Below, in pieces: positions 21,401-32,300 of a DNA stretch of 62,321 bases (the first letter of the stretch is position 1; every line of letters starts with the position of its first letter). Origin of the DNA: a virus (lineage: Duplodnaviria > Caudoviricetes); IMG/VR virus record IMGVR_UViG_3300030202_001124, positions 1 to 62,321 of that record, one strand, 5' to 3'. The notes beneath the pieces are model-generated. The model ran no database searches. It was not told the origin of the DNA and was given only the letters and a program-made list of their open reading frames with translations. Both the position numbers and the translations under genes were made by a program.

Positions 21401-23226
21401 CACAGGATTTTAAAAAAGCTGACAGATTTGCTGGTTTGACGTATAGTGGTACATATAACGAAGAAACTAACATAAACAAACTTAACGAATTTAATTTAGG
21501 ATTAGTTAATTTTAAAGATTTAGAAGTAAGCTACGGTGATATAGAAATTTTACACGGAAGAGAAACGGATGTTCTTGTTTTACAGGAAGATAAAATATCG
21601 TATGTGTTAGCTGGTAAAAACTTATTATCAAGCGCAGCAGCAGGAGGAGCAATAACCAATACAGCAGAGGTTTTAGGAACACAGATAGCTAGAGTAGAAG
21701 AGTTTGGAATTAGTAATAATCCAGAAAGTTTTGTGACTTATGGTTTTGATAAATACTTTACAGATTCAAAAAGAAATGTAGTATTAAAATTAAGCGGATC
21801 TGGGCAACAAGAAAGTTTAGAAGTAATTTCTGAAATAGGAATGAGGTCATTCTTTAGAGATATGTTTACGACTGGATTTCAAACACAAAAACTTGGAGGA
21901 TTTGATCCTTACATGAATGAATTTGTGTTGTCAAGTAATTCATTAGCTATACCCGTTGCGGTAGTACCTATTAGTTGTGGTGCTACTATATCAAGACAAA
22001 ATGTTACAGACGCATCGTCTTACACACTTTCTTTGGGTAATGCTCAGGGTTCTGTTGTGTTTAATTTTGACGTTACAGGAACAGTAAATCTACAAGTGGT
22101 GTATAATAGCGCTTCAGTTATTAATCAATCTATTACTGGTTCTAGTTCTGTTAATTTTATCAAAAGCTCTTCTACACCAACTACAGCTACGGTAACAATT
22201 ACACCTACAGGTACAGCATCATTTGATATTACACCTCAGTGTCCTCAAACATCAGAATTAAGGATTGTGCAGATAACTTTAGGTTCACCACAAGATGACA
22301 ATAAGTTTATTCATAACGAATACTATTGGTCAGAAGGTTCTACTAGTAGTCCAGTATCAAGTGAATTAATTAATTTTATAACAGATACTACAACTCCAGT
22401 AGAAAGTTGGATTCAAAATATAGGCCAATCTTCTTTAGGAGTTTTTCCACCAAGTGGAGCTACTGTTAAAATGCAGTCAAATAAAAAAGATTTTGATGAT
22501 TTTGTTTTTGACCCTGCGGTAGATAAATTTAAATATTTAGTAACTGCTGTTGGTTATGCTGAGTCACAATGGGCAACTATTGATGCAGCTGCTACTACAG
22601 CTACACCGATTGCAAATCCATCAACTGGCGTGTATGAAGCTTCTTTTACTTACACTAACACAGTACCTGTTGCATTTCTTTATTTAATATGGGATTATAG
22701 AAATCCAACAAGTATAAGTTTGAGGTATGGTTCGTCTACTTCTATTGCGTGTTGTTCTGGCCCATCTGCTACATACTTTTTAGACACATCTGATTTCGCA
22801 ACCGCAACTGCTGTTTTTGCAGATTCAACATTACATACTAAAGCAGGGGATCAATATTATCAAACAGGAAATTCTGTAAGAAGACAGTTAAATGGTGTGT
22901 TAGAATTAGCCACTTCTTGTGGGCCTTGTGGTACTACAATTCCTTTGTGTTTTGGTAGTTCGGCAGATGATGTGTGTTGTACGGCGTGTACATATTCGTC
23001 TTATAGTTCTTCTTTAATGTCTACAACAAGATCAGGTGCATGTGGGTTGTCTCAAACAGCGACATATTATCATAACGGATCTGGAACAACTCCAGTAGTA
23101 AATAATTTTGTTTTCTCTGATGATAAAGGAACTACAAAATTAGGTGTAGGATATTATTCTTTAAGTGCAACTTCAGTAATTTATGTTGACTCTAGCGGAA
23201 TGGTAGAAAATTTATTAACTTGTTAA
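18403..23226 (+). CDS. Tail stabilisation/nozzle protein (P22 gp10-like) with Cys-rich C-terminal repeats
   Basis: N-terminus GRMNQSVDERLVPPGEY..A.N, beta-propeller-like FFTDDKNPPRKIN; 1607 aa in the tail module. Confidence 0.65.
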   Translation: MPIVTTNFIAGRMNQSVDERLVPPGEYVSATNVRLGATETTEIGALENSKGNTKLTTLQYNNGTLLAADALCIGAFDDGANETMYWFVASDAVDMIVSYEVKTTLVNYHVVDTGNVLNFDSKYLITGVNKIGDLLFFTDDKNPPRKINITRSYQNVTAADLNVIVQPPLAAPTITLFTQATEANFMETRMISFAYRYQYQDEEYSALSQFTDIAFAPGVFAYDPATNLNKGMINIYNAVNIGFNTGNSNVIGVDLVFKFANSNIINVIEKFKKADFGWPDNSTQTQVFTNSKIYTTLPESELLRLYDNVPLIAKAQTIMANRLIYGNYEDGRDVVDSDGVNCRMNYVADLNTEEIQTADIGTSLGSGLDYTIDTTQTVANSTLILDLAGVSTTLKSGAVFAVSISYLKDRYTGNNGTVTGNQGSTTIDFIYTLPQDFSSVQELATSDSFKSAILTGFQTVGNCATGTTLTDSFNCSVENPAEGNPDITWQKDESGITGLNQGILISSGPGSNVITLQLPAMRFADIEGTAPTPPYLYAYYKIISSNATFIVNSSIQSLHSNRNYEVGIVYMDEYLRSTTALVSQGVDPTVFVPASNSILQNKIKVTIPTFQNPPVWATKYKFVIKKAEGPYETIYSNFYYSDSTDNSIYFKLEGQNQNKVKTGDILRIKADSSGALAQLAVAEVLGVEAKEQNFLTPSANVRSSDNSVEPYIAELPGLYMQMKPTSFSVDTSGDTTFFDSGRRTTCRKSSNGFPGIQLPCFKTSSDGQTKTNLAIPVGSIVNFNIELTRIGQNGVGKRCGKIFYIYDKTFQASQDYNNMYDFVNGENIDFKGGTFTNFDDGGDPTIQYINTISSTNPASVRGVHQFKFITSDGQAPGNTNELQLVVISGVSGCFGQKNSCADGRITVQIADSLMVFETTPIDIDNDIYYENDTCYDITNNRHMSGSSATDQNQTNLLPAIVNLGFFDCYAFGNGVESFKIKDSLVGQSFDLGQRVTSVSSQDFKKADRFAGLTYSGTYNEETNINKLNEFNLGLVNFKDLEVSYGDIEILHGRETDVLVLQEDKISYVLAGKNLLSSAAAGGAITNTAEVLGTQIARVEEFGISNNPESFVTYGFDKYFTDSKRNVVLKLSGSGQQESLEVISEIGMRSFFRDMFTTGFQTQKLGGFDPYMNEFVLSSNSLAIPVAVVPISCGATISRQNVTDASSYTLSLGNAQGSVVFNFDVTGTVNLQVVYNSASVINQSITGSSSVNFIKSSSTPTTATVTITPTGTASFDITPQCPQTSELRIVQITLGSPQDDNKFIHNEYYWSEGSTSSPVSSELINFITDTTTPVESWIQNIGQSSLGVFPPSGATVKMQSNKKDFDDFVFDPAVDKFKYLVTAVGYAESQWATIDAAATTATPIANPSTGVYEASFTYTNTVPVAFLYLIWDYRNPTSISLRYGSSTSIACCSGPSATYFLDTSDFATATAVFADSTLHTKAGDQYYQTGNSVRRQLNGVLELATSCGPCGTTIPLCFGSSADDVCCTACTYSSYSSSLMSTTRSGACGLSQTATYYHNGSGTTPVVNNFVFSDDKGTTKLGVGYYSLSATSVIYVDSSGMVENLLTC

Positions 23227-23230
23227 AATT

Positions 23231-25144
23231 ATGGCAACTGACAATACATTTTATATAGACGCTACAACTTTTGCAAATGCTACGGCTGTTTACACAGACC
23301 AAGCGTTGACAGTAAAAGCCGCAGATGGTTTTTATCAAGCGCCAATTGAAGGTGTTGTAACATACAGAGAACAAAGCGGAGGTACTTTAGGTACAGCTGC
23401 AAACTGTACATGTGCTGTTAGTCAAGTTTTAGATTTCAACACTTCACCTACTAATTTATGTTGTGTAAGCCAAACAGGAGTTACATATTTTATTGACCAA
23501 GGAACTACGTTTGATACAACAACAGGGCTGTATACAGACGCAACAGCACAAACTCCCGCACCTGACAATACATATCAGGTTAACGGAACAACAACTTATA
23601 GAGTACAGAGTGGAGGAAGTTTAGGTGCGGTTACAGCTTGTGCTACATGTCCTGTATCATGTGGCGCTATATCTATTCCTAGTGGAGCCAAGGGATCTTA
23701 CAGTTTAAATGTAACTTTAGGAACAGACTTAGGAGCAATTGTAGTTTATTTCAATCCTCAATCTATACCAGATGGAGTTAGAGGGGTTTATAACAATGTA
23801 AGTTACAACGCATTATCAATACCAGGAGCTGGTTATGTTAAATCAACTAGTGGTGTGTTAGATGCTTTTACTGTTTTAGGAGATGCTAGTGATGCGTGTC
23901 TACCTTCTATTCCAAACACAACTACCTATAATTTATATGACTCTATAAGTGGAGGAGCTTGGGTACAAAATGGAACAGAATCAGTAACTATTAATACTGG
24001 AGACGTACAAGGGGGGGGAATAAATGTATACAGTACTATGGTAATTCCAAAAGCAAATGCTAATCCTCAAACAATGGATTTAAAAGCTTTAGGCCCTTGT
24101 AATTCTACTGCTTGGAATTTAGAAGTTGTTTGCCCAACAGCTTTACCCTCATGGTCTACAAGTACAATTGCACAAAACAGTTCAGCTAATTCAGCATGCG
24201 CAGGTTCTGGTGCAACAGCATATTTTGCTAAACAATACACAGATAGAAATGATGCTAGTGTAGTGCTACCAATATTGCACAATTGGGTGTTCTCAGATAG
24301 CACTGGCGCAACTACATTGCCTGATGGGTTTTATAAGATAACTGCAACTACTGTAGCTCAAGTAGCTAATGGTGTTGTCACAGCTATCACGGCTTGTTCA
24401 GGCGGAAATGTATCATTCTCTAGTTCTGGGGTTCAATCTACTGTTGTTGCAGCATGTGTTGATACAGTAGATGAAACTTATTTCCATAATGGATCAGGTG
24501 GTGCAGGATCTCTTCCTTCATCTGGTAATACAGCGTGGTCGGATAACGGAACTACAGTATTACCTAACGGTATATATAAACTTAACGGAACGTCATACTA
24601 TGAAATTACAGGCGGTAATGGGACTGTAGCAGGCCCGTATAGTTTTGCTTTAGGTGTAGCATGGACAAGTAGCGTTTCAGCTGCGAGTGTAAATGCAGCA
24701 TGTGCTTTATCAACCAGCACTACTTTTTATCACAATGGAAATTCAGGTGTTGATCCTGTGGTTAATAACACTTGTTATACAGACGCTTGTAAAAGCACAA
24801 CACTACCAGATGGTTTTTATAAAACATCAAACAGTACAGTTGTAACAATTTCTGGTGGATCTGGAAATGTATCAGCAGTAACAACTTGTGTAACTTATTA
24901 TTCTTTTGCAGTACACCAAGTAGCCAATCCTACACTAGCTTGTAGTTATAGTGGTACGTTAGACGAAACTATTTACACTACAATAGGAACAGGCCCTGCA
25001 CCTGGTGTCATAATTTATAGTGATCAGTCGGGTACAGCTGTATCTTCAGGAGTTTATGTTTATCAAGTGGTAGGAACCAATGCGTACTTTGCTACGTTAG
25101 GTAATGGTGCTGTAGATAGTAACGGAGTACAGAGTTGCCCTTAA
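23231..25144 (+). CDS. Cys/Thr/Gly-rich repeat virion protein
   Basis: Multiple YHNG..P....Y.D....LPDG.Y repeats separated by Cys residues. Confidence 0.6.
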   Translation: MATDNTFYIDATTFANATAVYTDQALTVKAADGFYQAPIEGVVTYREQSGGTLGTAANCTCAVSQVLDFNTSPTNLCCVSQTGVTYFIDQGTTFDTTTGLYTDATAQTPAPDNTYQVNGTTTYRVQSGGSLGAVTACATCPVSCGAISIPSGAKGSYSLNVTLGTDLGAIVVYFNPQSIPDGVRGVYNNVSYNALSIPGAGYVKSTSGVLDAFTVLGDASDACLPSIPNTTTYNLYDSISGGAWVQNGTESVTINTGDVQGGGINVYSTMVIPKANANPQTMDLKALGPCNSTAWNLEVVCPTALPSWSTSTIAQNSSANSACAGSGATAYFAKQYTDRNDASVVLPILHNWVFSDSTGATTLPDGFYKITATTVAQVANGVVTAITACSGGNVSFSSSGVQSTVVAACVDTVDETYFHNGSGGAGSLPSSGNTAWSDNGTTVLPNGIYKLNGTSYYEITGGNGTVAGPYSFALGVAWTSSVSAASVNAACALSTSTTFYHNGNSGVDPVVNNTCYTDACKSTTLPDGFYKTSNSTVVTISGGSGNVSAVTTCVTYYSFAVHQVANPTLACSYSGTLDETIYTTIGTGPAPGVIIYSDQSGTAVSSGVYVYQVVGTNAYFATLGNGAVDSNGVQSCP

Positions 25145-25154
25145 ATAAATAATT

Positions 25155-25940
25155 ATGTCAGTAACAACATTAACATACAGTAACGATAAAAGAACACCAG
25201 GGTGGCCTTCTTTTTATTCATATATTCCCGACTACATGAAAGGTTTAAATGGATTTTTTTATACTTTTAAAAACGGAGAACTTTACAGGCACAACACTAA
25301 TGAAACTAGAAACAATTATTATAACGTACAATATAGTTCAAGTATAAAAAGTGTATTTAACCCTGAGCCTACTCTTTCAATTAAATTGTTTAAGACTATG
25401 TCTTACGAAAGTGATGACAAGTGGTCGGTAACATTAACAACAGATTTAAATGCAGGTTCAATGTTAGGAACATATTTTGAACAAAAAGAGGGAGAGTGGT
25501 TTACATATATTAGAAGTAATTCAGGAGCTGTAAATTGGAAGCTTAGATCCGCTCAAGGTATTGGAATTGCTCAAGCCGTTTCTGGCCCAACTTCTGCAAG
25601 AGAAATAAAATTTGCAGAACCAATTGGCAACATAGTAAATATAGGCGATATCGTATATGTATCAACCAATAATGGAGGGGTATACACAACCCCAGTGTTA
25701 GCGTCTGCAATAATAGCTAAAACAAGCAATAGCATTACTATTGATGTTTCACAGAACCCACCACCCGTACCACCATTAGCAAATCCTCAAGCTGGCGATG
25801 CTATATTAGCTTATAAAGATAGTGTTGCGGAGTCAAATGGAGCAAGAGGATATTATATGGAATTTAATATGACTAACGATAGCACCTCAGCAGTTGAGCT
25901 ATTTTCTGTAGGTAGTAGTGTGATGAAAAGTTATCCTTAG
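25155..25940 (+). CDS. Putative tail structural protein
   Basis: GWPSFYSY.P...FYTFKNGELY.HN resembles the C-terminal part of stabilisation proteins; inference. Confidence 0.55.
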   Translation: MSVTTLTYSNDKRTPGWPSFYSYIPDYMKGLNGFFYTFKNGELYRHNTNETRNNYYNVQYSSSIKSVFNPEPTLSIKLFKTMSYESDDKWSVTLTTDLNAGSMLGTYFEQKEGEWFTYIRSNSGAVNWKLRSAQGIGIAQAVSGPTSAREIKFAEPIGNIVNIGDIVYVSTNNGGVYTTPVLASAIIAKTSNSITIDVSQNPPPVPPLANPQAGDAILAYKDSVAESNGARGYYMEFNMTNDSTSAVELFSVGSSVMKSYP

Positions 25941-25947
25941 AATTTCT

Positions 25948-25955
25948 TATCTTTG
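25948..25955 (+). promoter_or_regulatory. -7 promoter box TATCTTTG
   Basis: TAnnTTTG before ORF 25971. Confidence 0.6.
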
Positions 25956-25970
25956 TTCATATTTGAATAA

Positions 25971-26498
25971 ATGGAAGTATTAGACTCTAGTGCTGGACAA
26001 GAAGTTTTAAAAAGTATTCCGTTGATTAGAGGAATGATGTGGGAAAAGATTGAAACTTTTAAAAATCAAATAGAACAACTGGAAGGGTGTCTTACACACA
26101 AGCCTGGTGAAATACAATCAGACAAATTGAAAGATACATTTCCTATAAAACAACATATTGAAGGAGGAATGTATACAAGAGAAATATTTATGCCTAAAGG
26201 AAGTTTAGTTATAAGTATGATACATAAACAAAACCATCCTTCATTTTTGTTAAAAGGAGAAGTGTCTTATTTAACGGATAACGGAGAGGTTGAAAGAATA
26301 GCAGCTCCACATAAAATATTTACAAAACAAGGTACTCAAAGAGTGTTATATATACATGAAGATACAGAGTGGTGTTGTGTTTACAAAACAGACGCTACTA
26401 ATTATGAAGAAGCAGAAGCTGATGTATACGCTGAAACTTATAAAGAATTACCTAAAAAATTAATTAAAAAAAATAAATTATTATGGCTGGATTATTGA
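25971..26498 (+). CDS. Cupin-fold protein
   Basis: GMYTREIFMPKGSLVISMIHKQNHPSFLLKGEV...APH...GTQR cupin-like pattern. Confidence 0.6.
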   Translation: MEVLDSSAGQEVLKSIPLIRGMMWEKIETFKNQIEQLEGCLTHKPGEIQSDKLKDTFPIKQHIEGGMYTREIFMPKGSLVISMIHKQNHPSFLLKGEVSYLTDNGEVERIAAPHKIFTKQGTQRVLYIHEDTEWCCVYKTDATNYEEAEADVYAETYKELPKKLIKKNKLLWLDY

Positions 26499-27406
26499 CT
26501 GGATTAGCTATTGCAAGTACAGCGATGGGTGGTGTTAGTATGATTGGGGGATTAACGCAAGCTTCCAAACAAAGAAAAGCTGCTGCTCAAGCAGAAGCCC
26601 AAAGTAGAAAATTAATGAGCGAAGCAAAAGCATTGGCTACAAAAAATTATTTTGAAAAAATTCAAATACCTATGCAAGCTTACGAAAGACAATTTAGAGA
26701 AAACACTGCACAGCAAATGCAAAATGTACAGTCACTTCAAGAAGCTGGAGGACGAAGTTTAGCTGCTGGAATAGGAAAAGTAGCTGGGCAAGGCACTCAA
26801 GGTAATCAAATTATTGCTGACAAAATGGCTCAAGATTTATATGAAAATCAAGTATTAAAAGCCGAGGCCGCTAGAGATGTGAATAACGATTTGATAGATA
26901 TAAATGTTGGTGCTGCTAGAGATGAATCGTTAAGAGCAAGAGACGCTAGAACTTTAGGTAATCAAGCTATGGGACAAGCAGTTAAGGGCATGCAAGCAGG
27001 TTTAAAAGGTGCATCAGATTTGTTTGGTGAAGGTGGATATATGAGTGGCGGACAAGCTGGTAGGACGTTTAGAAATTTAACCCCAGAGCAAAAGAAATCT
27101 TTTATAAATTCAAGGGGTGTTCAAATGAGTGATGATGAAATAAAAATGGAATTAGCAAAAATAAAAGATAAAGGCACTCTTAAAAACATTAGAGATGGTA
27201 ATTATGATATGAAAAATTTTAGCTATGGTAATACCCCTGGAATTACTTTTGGAGGTACGGGTGCAAACACATTAACTACTCCACCTGCTGTTACTGGAAA
27301 TGCGTTGGGTAATTTTCAAAGCTTAAGCCCTAATGCTCAGCAATCATTTATAAACCCTATACAATTAGATCCTTTACTTTTCCCACAATCAAATTTTACT
27401 AACTAA
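26483..27406 (+). CDS. Internal virion (ejection) protein
   Basis: Hydrophobic Gly/Ala N-terminus followed by Gln/Ala helices, typical of ejection proteins. Confidence 0.6.
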   Translation: MAGLLTGLAIASTAMGGVSMIGGLTQASKQRKAAAQAEAQSRKLMSEAKALATKNYFEKIQIPMQAYERQFRENTAQQMQNVQSLQEAGGRSLAAGIGKVAGQGTQGNQIIADKMAQDLYENQVLKAEAARDVNNDLIDINVGAARDESLRARDARTLGNQAMGQAVKGMQAGLKGASDLFGEGGYMSGGQAGRTFRNLTPEQKKSFINSRGVQMSDDEIKMELAKIKDKGTLKNIRDGNYDMKNFSYGNTPGITFGGTGANTLTTPPAVTGNALGNFQSLSPNAQQSFINPIQLDPLLFPQSNFTN

Positions 27407-29358
27407 TGGCAGATTCTAAAAAAGCAACAGGCGGTAACAGATTTTCAGTTTATGCTGGTTTAGGTGATTCACCTGAAATTAGCTGGAGTACAGTAGCCTC
27501 TACGTTAAGTGAAGACTTGACTTCTATGCGTGAGACTAAAATGAAAGAGCGTGCAGCTATAGAAAAAGCTACCAATGAACAGATGGAAGCTTTAAATAAG
27601 CTTCAAGATGTTAACAGTAGATCTTTAGGTAGAGTAGTGTTAGAAGGTTCATCGCAATCAAAAGAAGAACTTAGACTTCGTATGGATTTAGTTAGAAAAG
27701 GTTTATTAAAACCTGCTGACTATAAATTATTTATGCAAGAACAAAAAAGTGGCTATAGTAATTTCAGCAACATTGTAAAAACTTATGATCAATGGCACAC
27801 TAAAGCAATGGAAAAAGTGAATGCAGGGACAGCTACAGATGCTGAAATATTTGTATTAAAACAAATAGAATCGTTTGGTAATTTAAATAATAAAAAAATA
27901 TATACTAATCCAGCAAATGGGCAGATACAGGTAGTTACAATGGAAAAAGATGCGGATGGTAAGTATACTAAAATGCCTAGCGCAAAAGATAACCCGAATA
28001 GCTTTAGTAATCCAGGTAGTATGTTAGACTTAATGTCTTATGATGGTGGAGTAAAAAAAGAATTAAGAGATGAAGCTAAAAAAATAACCGACTCAATAGC
28101 AACAATTATTACCTCTAGCGTATCAAACGGAAGTGTAACAAAGACTTCTGACTTTAGACAAATTTTTGATGATCCTGCCAGCTTAAAAGATTTTGGTATT
28201 ACAGACGAAAATATTACTACATTCGATCAGTGGTTAGACTCTCAAGTAGATACACTAACGGCAACAGATGCGGATATGGCTCAAATACTTTCTCAAAGAG
28301 GTTATCAATACAATGATCCAAAAGCGGCTAACTATATAAAGACCGATTTATCTGGTGGGCAATTAGTATTTGAATTAACTGACGAGCAAAAAGCAAAAGC
28401 TAGACAAATTGCTAAGAATGAAATTAATATGCAAATTGATTCTGAGATAACAAAAACACCTGGGTTTGATCCTTTAAGATCTAATGCAAGAGGGTTTGAA
28501 CAAGAGGAAGATAATAAATTTGGAAGAGTGAAAGCTATGAATGATATATTAAGTGCTGACAACAGTCAGGATGCTATAAATAGAATTGATACGGATCCAA
28601 CTTATGAAAACGTAGAATCAATGCAAATGGTAGATGAAAATGGAAACAATATAGATCAAAAAGATTGGCTCAAAGCTAAAGAAATAAAAATTCAATATTA
28701 CGACCCTAACAAAGGAGAGTTAACAGAAGGTACGGTTAGGTTGTTTGATGACAAAGGTGATAGAAAGAACAGTGATAAAATAGTTATGGATATGGTAGAA
28801 AAACTTGGTATACCTACAGAACAATTGGAAGCATATAAAAAAGCATTTTTAGCTAAAAAAGGTAAATTTAACTCATTTAAAGGAATTGCAAACTATACTA
28901 GAGGCGCTAGTGAATTAACAGAATCAGGTAATGTTGAAGTGTCTTTAGGTAAATCTAAGTATCCTTCTTCTCAAGCGATAAGTAATATATTAAAAGAAGA
29001 TTTTAAAGACGATGAACAAGGTGTGACTTTGTTATCATTGAAATCAAAAGCTGATGAAGGAGAAGATTCTGAAGAACAAAAAGCGGCTGATCAAAAAATT
29101 GATCAATACAAATGGTCTCAAATAACAAACATGATAAACGCAACATTTAAACCTCGATTAAGAGGAAAATCATTTGAATTTAACATACAATCAGACGGTA
29201 ATTTACAAGTAATTTATAATTCTAAACCTATTAATCTAGGTGTAAGCAAAGAAGGTTTAGGTAATGACGGTTCTAAATTGATAAAATTAATAGAACAAAA
29301 AATTAATGAAATTAATTTTTCTAAACCCCCTTCAGGTGGTGGTGGTGAATTAGATTAA
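27406..29358 (+). CDS. Internal virion (ejection) protein
   Basis: 650-aa helical protein in the ejection-protein position. Confidence 0.55.
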   Translation: MADSKKATGGNRFSVYAGLGDSPEISWSTVASTLSEDLTSMRETKMKERAAIEKATNEQMEALNKLQDVNSRSLGRVVLEGSSQSKEELRLRMDLVRKGLLKPADYKLFMQEQKSGYSNFSNIVKTYDQWHTKAMEKVNAGTATDAEIFVLKQIESFGNLNNKKIYTNPANGQIQVVTMEKDADGKYTKMPSAKDNPNSFSNPGSMLDLMSYDGGVKKELRDEAKKITDSIATIITSSVSNGSVTKTSDFRQIFDDPASLKDFGITDENITTFDQWLDSQVDTLTATDADMAQILSQRGYQYNDPKAANYIKTDLSGGQLVFELTDEQKAKARQIAKNEINMQIDSEITKTPGFDPLRSNARGFEQEEDNKFGRVKAMNDILSADNSQDAINRIDTDPTYENVESMQMVDENGNNIDQKDWLKAKEIKIQYYDPNKGELTEGTVRLFDDKGDRKNSDKIVMDMVEKLGIPTEQLEAYKKAFLAKKGKFNSFKGIANYTRGASELTESGNVEVSLGKSKYPSSQAISNILKEDFKDDEQGVTLLSLKSKADEGEDSEEQKAADQKIDQYKWSQITNMINATFKPRLRGKSFEFNIQSDGNLQVIYNSKPINLGVSKEGLGNDGSKLIKLIEQKINEINFSKPPSGGGGELD

Positions 29359-29362
29359 TAAT

Positions 29363-32300
29363 ATGGAAGAATTACAAAAATTATTTGATGTGTTAACAAG
29401 GGATGGTTATTATACTAAATCTTTTGAAGAATTTAAAACTCAGTTTGGAACAACAGAATATCAAGATAAAGTTTTTGATGTCGTAACACGAGATGGTTTA
29501 TTTACACAAGATAAAGCAACTTTTTTAAATAAATATACGGTAAAAAAAAAAGACGAATTCGACTTATCTGTTCTGGAAAAGGATTTGGTATTTGGTACAG
29601 CACAAAAAAAAGCAAGTGGTTTATCGGATGGTTTAGAAGTAAAAAATGAAGAAATTCCAGAGAAAATACCAGAAGAAGTTACAAAAGAAGTTTCCTTACA
29701 GCCCGATAATGTAGTTGTAACAGAAGAAGAACAAAAAACTACTAACAATAAAAAACAATTCTTAATTTCTCAAAACATAAACATTGATGCTTTATATAAA
29801 CAAGCTCGGTTTGGCAACCCCTCTACTGGACAGGGTGGTGATTTTACTGGGTCTGAAGAAGAGTTTGTGGATGGATATTACGCTACTTACTTAGTAGATA
29901 AAGGTAATAATAAAACTCAAATAGACTTTGATTCTAAAATATTAAAACCTAAAATTGAAAGAGAGGCTAGTGAAGATTATGAGACAAGTGTAACAGAAGC
30001 TTTACTTGATAAAGTTCAAATAGACCCTGACGATTACAAAGCTTGGGAAGAAGAAACCACGAGAGATGAGGGTAAGGCTTTTCAGTGGACAAAAAATCTT
30101 TTAACTACAGATAAAACTGAAACTTTTAATAAAGAACAAAGAGATTTTGAAAAGATTGCTAGTTATAAAGCTTCTGTGTTAGGGAAATTAAATGATGATA
30201 TTAATTTAGTCAATACTAAATTAGAATTAGCTAAAAATCCTGTAGATAAATTACAACTTCAAAATATTAAAAGTCAACTTGAATCAAAATACATAGAAGA
30301 ATTACAGCAATTAAATAACTTAGCAAATTCTTTTCCTACCTTAAAACAATATACCACTGATAGAGATGTAAAAAGAAGAAAAAATATTTATGATGCTGCA
30401 TATTCAGATGATAATGTAGGAGAAGTAACTACGGAAATTGGAAATGTTTTAAAAACTATACCTGTGGCATTAGGAGATTTTGTAATGGGTAGTTTAGCTT
30501 TTATAACTTCAGGAGCTGATCAAGTTTTGAGTGGAGTAGGTTTTAATCAAAAAGGTTTATTAGCTGGATTAACAGAAAGGTTTTTAGACGGACAAGAAAG
30601 TTTTGAGCAGTTTGTCGATCCAGTACAGCGTAGTGGAATTATTGACGGTAAGGCTGTGACTGTAAGTGGGAAAGAATATATAGTTACAAATGATGGTACA
30701 GTTTTAGACAGAAAGTCTCATGTCAGAATGAACGGAATAATTTCTGATGATTTAATAAAAGAAGTAAAAGAGCGATCTAAAAAAGTATCAAATACAGAAA
30801 CATTTTTTGACGGAGGAGGAGTAATATCTTCAGGGTTTACAACTTTAGCCAACCTTTATGGTTTAATTAGGGGAGGTAAAGGTCTAAGCAAAACACTAGG
30901 CGTATCTCCAGGAGTAGGAATGGGATTAGCATCTTACGGAAGTTCTATGGCTGGAGAAGTTGAAAGTATGAGGGCTGATTTGATGGCTGCTGGATTAACA
31001 GAAAAAGAAGCCATGGCTAAAGCTATTATAGCTGGTAATGCAATTGCTTCTTTAGATGGATTGTTTTCAGGTTTAGCTGGTGGCAATCAAAAAGTATTAT
31101 CAAACTTAGCAGGGTTTAAACAACAGGTAATTAATATAGTAAAAAAAGATGGAGCTAAATTTAGTAAAGATGAGTTAAAAAGAAAACTTAAAGATTTAGG
31201 AATTGAGATGAGCAGAGAAACTTTAATTGAAGAGCTTCCTGTTTTGTTTTCAACTAAAGCAGTTAACGCAGCTGTAAATTATAATATTGGTAGAGAGGTA
31301 AGAAGCGCGGAAGTGTCTCAAGCAGAAATTTTAGAAACAGTAATATTAACTTTGGGCGCTACTGGAACTCTTGGTGGTAGAACTTTACTCAGCAAAAACA
31401 CTAGATTAGATGCTTTAAGGTATGTAGGAATGAATGTAAATGACCTTCAAAAAACAATAGATCAACTTGTAAAAAATGGAGAGATAACAATTCAGGAAGG
31501 GCAAAATGTTTATCAAGAAGTTTATGACATGCAAGCTGCTGAATTAAGAACTAAAGGAACTATTACTAATAGTAATAATATGTTAGAGACTTCTGATCTA
31601 CTACAGCAACGACAACAGTTAATATCTCAAAGAGAAGGTTTAGAAGGTAGATTAAAAGAAGATGTAGATAAAAAAATTGAAGATATTGATGAACAAATAA
31701 ATGAAGTAGTTAATAGAGATAAAAAAGAAACCGAAGATAAACTTAAAATAGAAAAAGATGCCATTCAAAAGCAAAGCCCAGAAAGCGTGGATGATAAAAA
31801 ACTTACCGAAAGTAGCCAAAAAGTGGATGAGTCTTTACTCGACTCAGAATCTACCACAAAGAGTGACCCCGAAAGTAAAAGTAAAGCTAAAAAGAAGACC
31901 CAAAAGGAAATAAACTCTTTAAAGAAAAAAATAGAAGAAACTAAAGCTGATTCCAAAATAAATAGACCTACAAAAGCTGCTAGAATAAAAGAATTAAATG
32001 ATAAAATTTCTGAATTAGAAGCTCAAGCAGAAACAGAAACAAACATTGAAGAAGAAGTAGAGTTAACAGAAAACGAAAAGTTAGATAGAGACACAAGATT
32101 AAGTGAACAAGAAGTAAAAGAAGCGCAAAGAAAAGAAGGTTATACCTCTCTTGATGGAGACGCAGAAATCACTGTACCTATTTTATCAAAAATATTTAAA
32201 GGATTAAAGTTGAATATAGATTCTAAGAAAAATCCTAATATAGCAAAAGCGGTAAATTTCATAAACAGTTACACTAAAAAAGCTTTTCAAGCAGCTGGTA

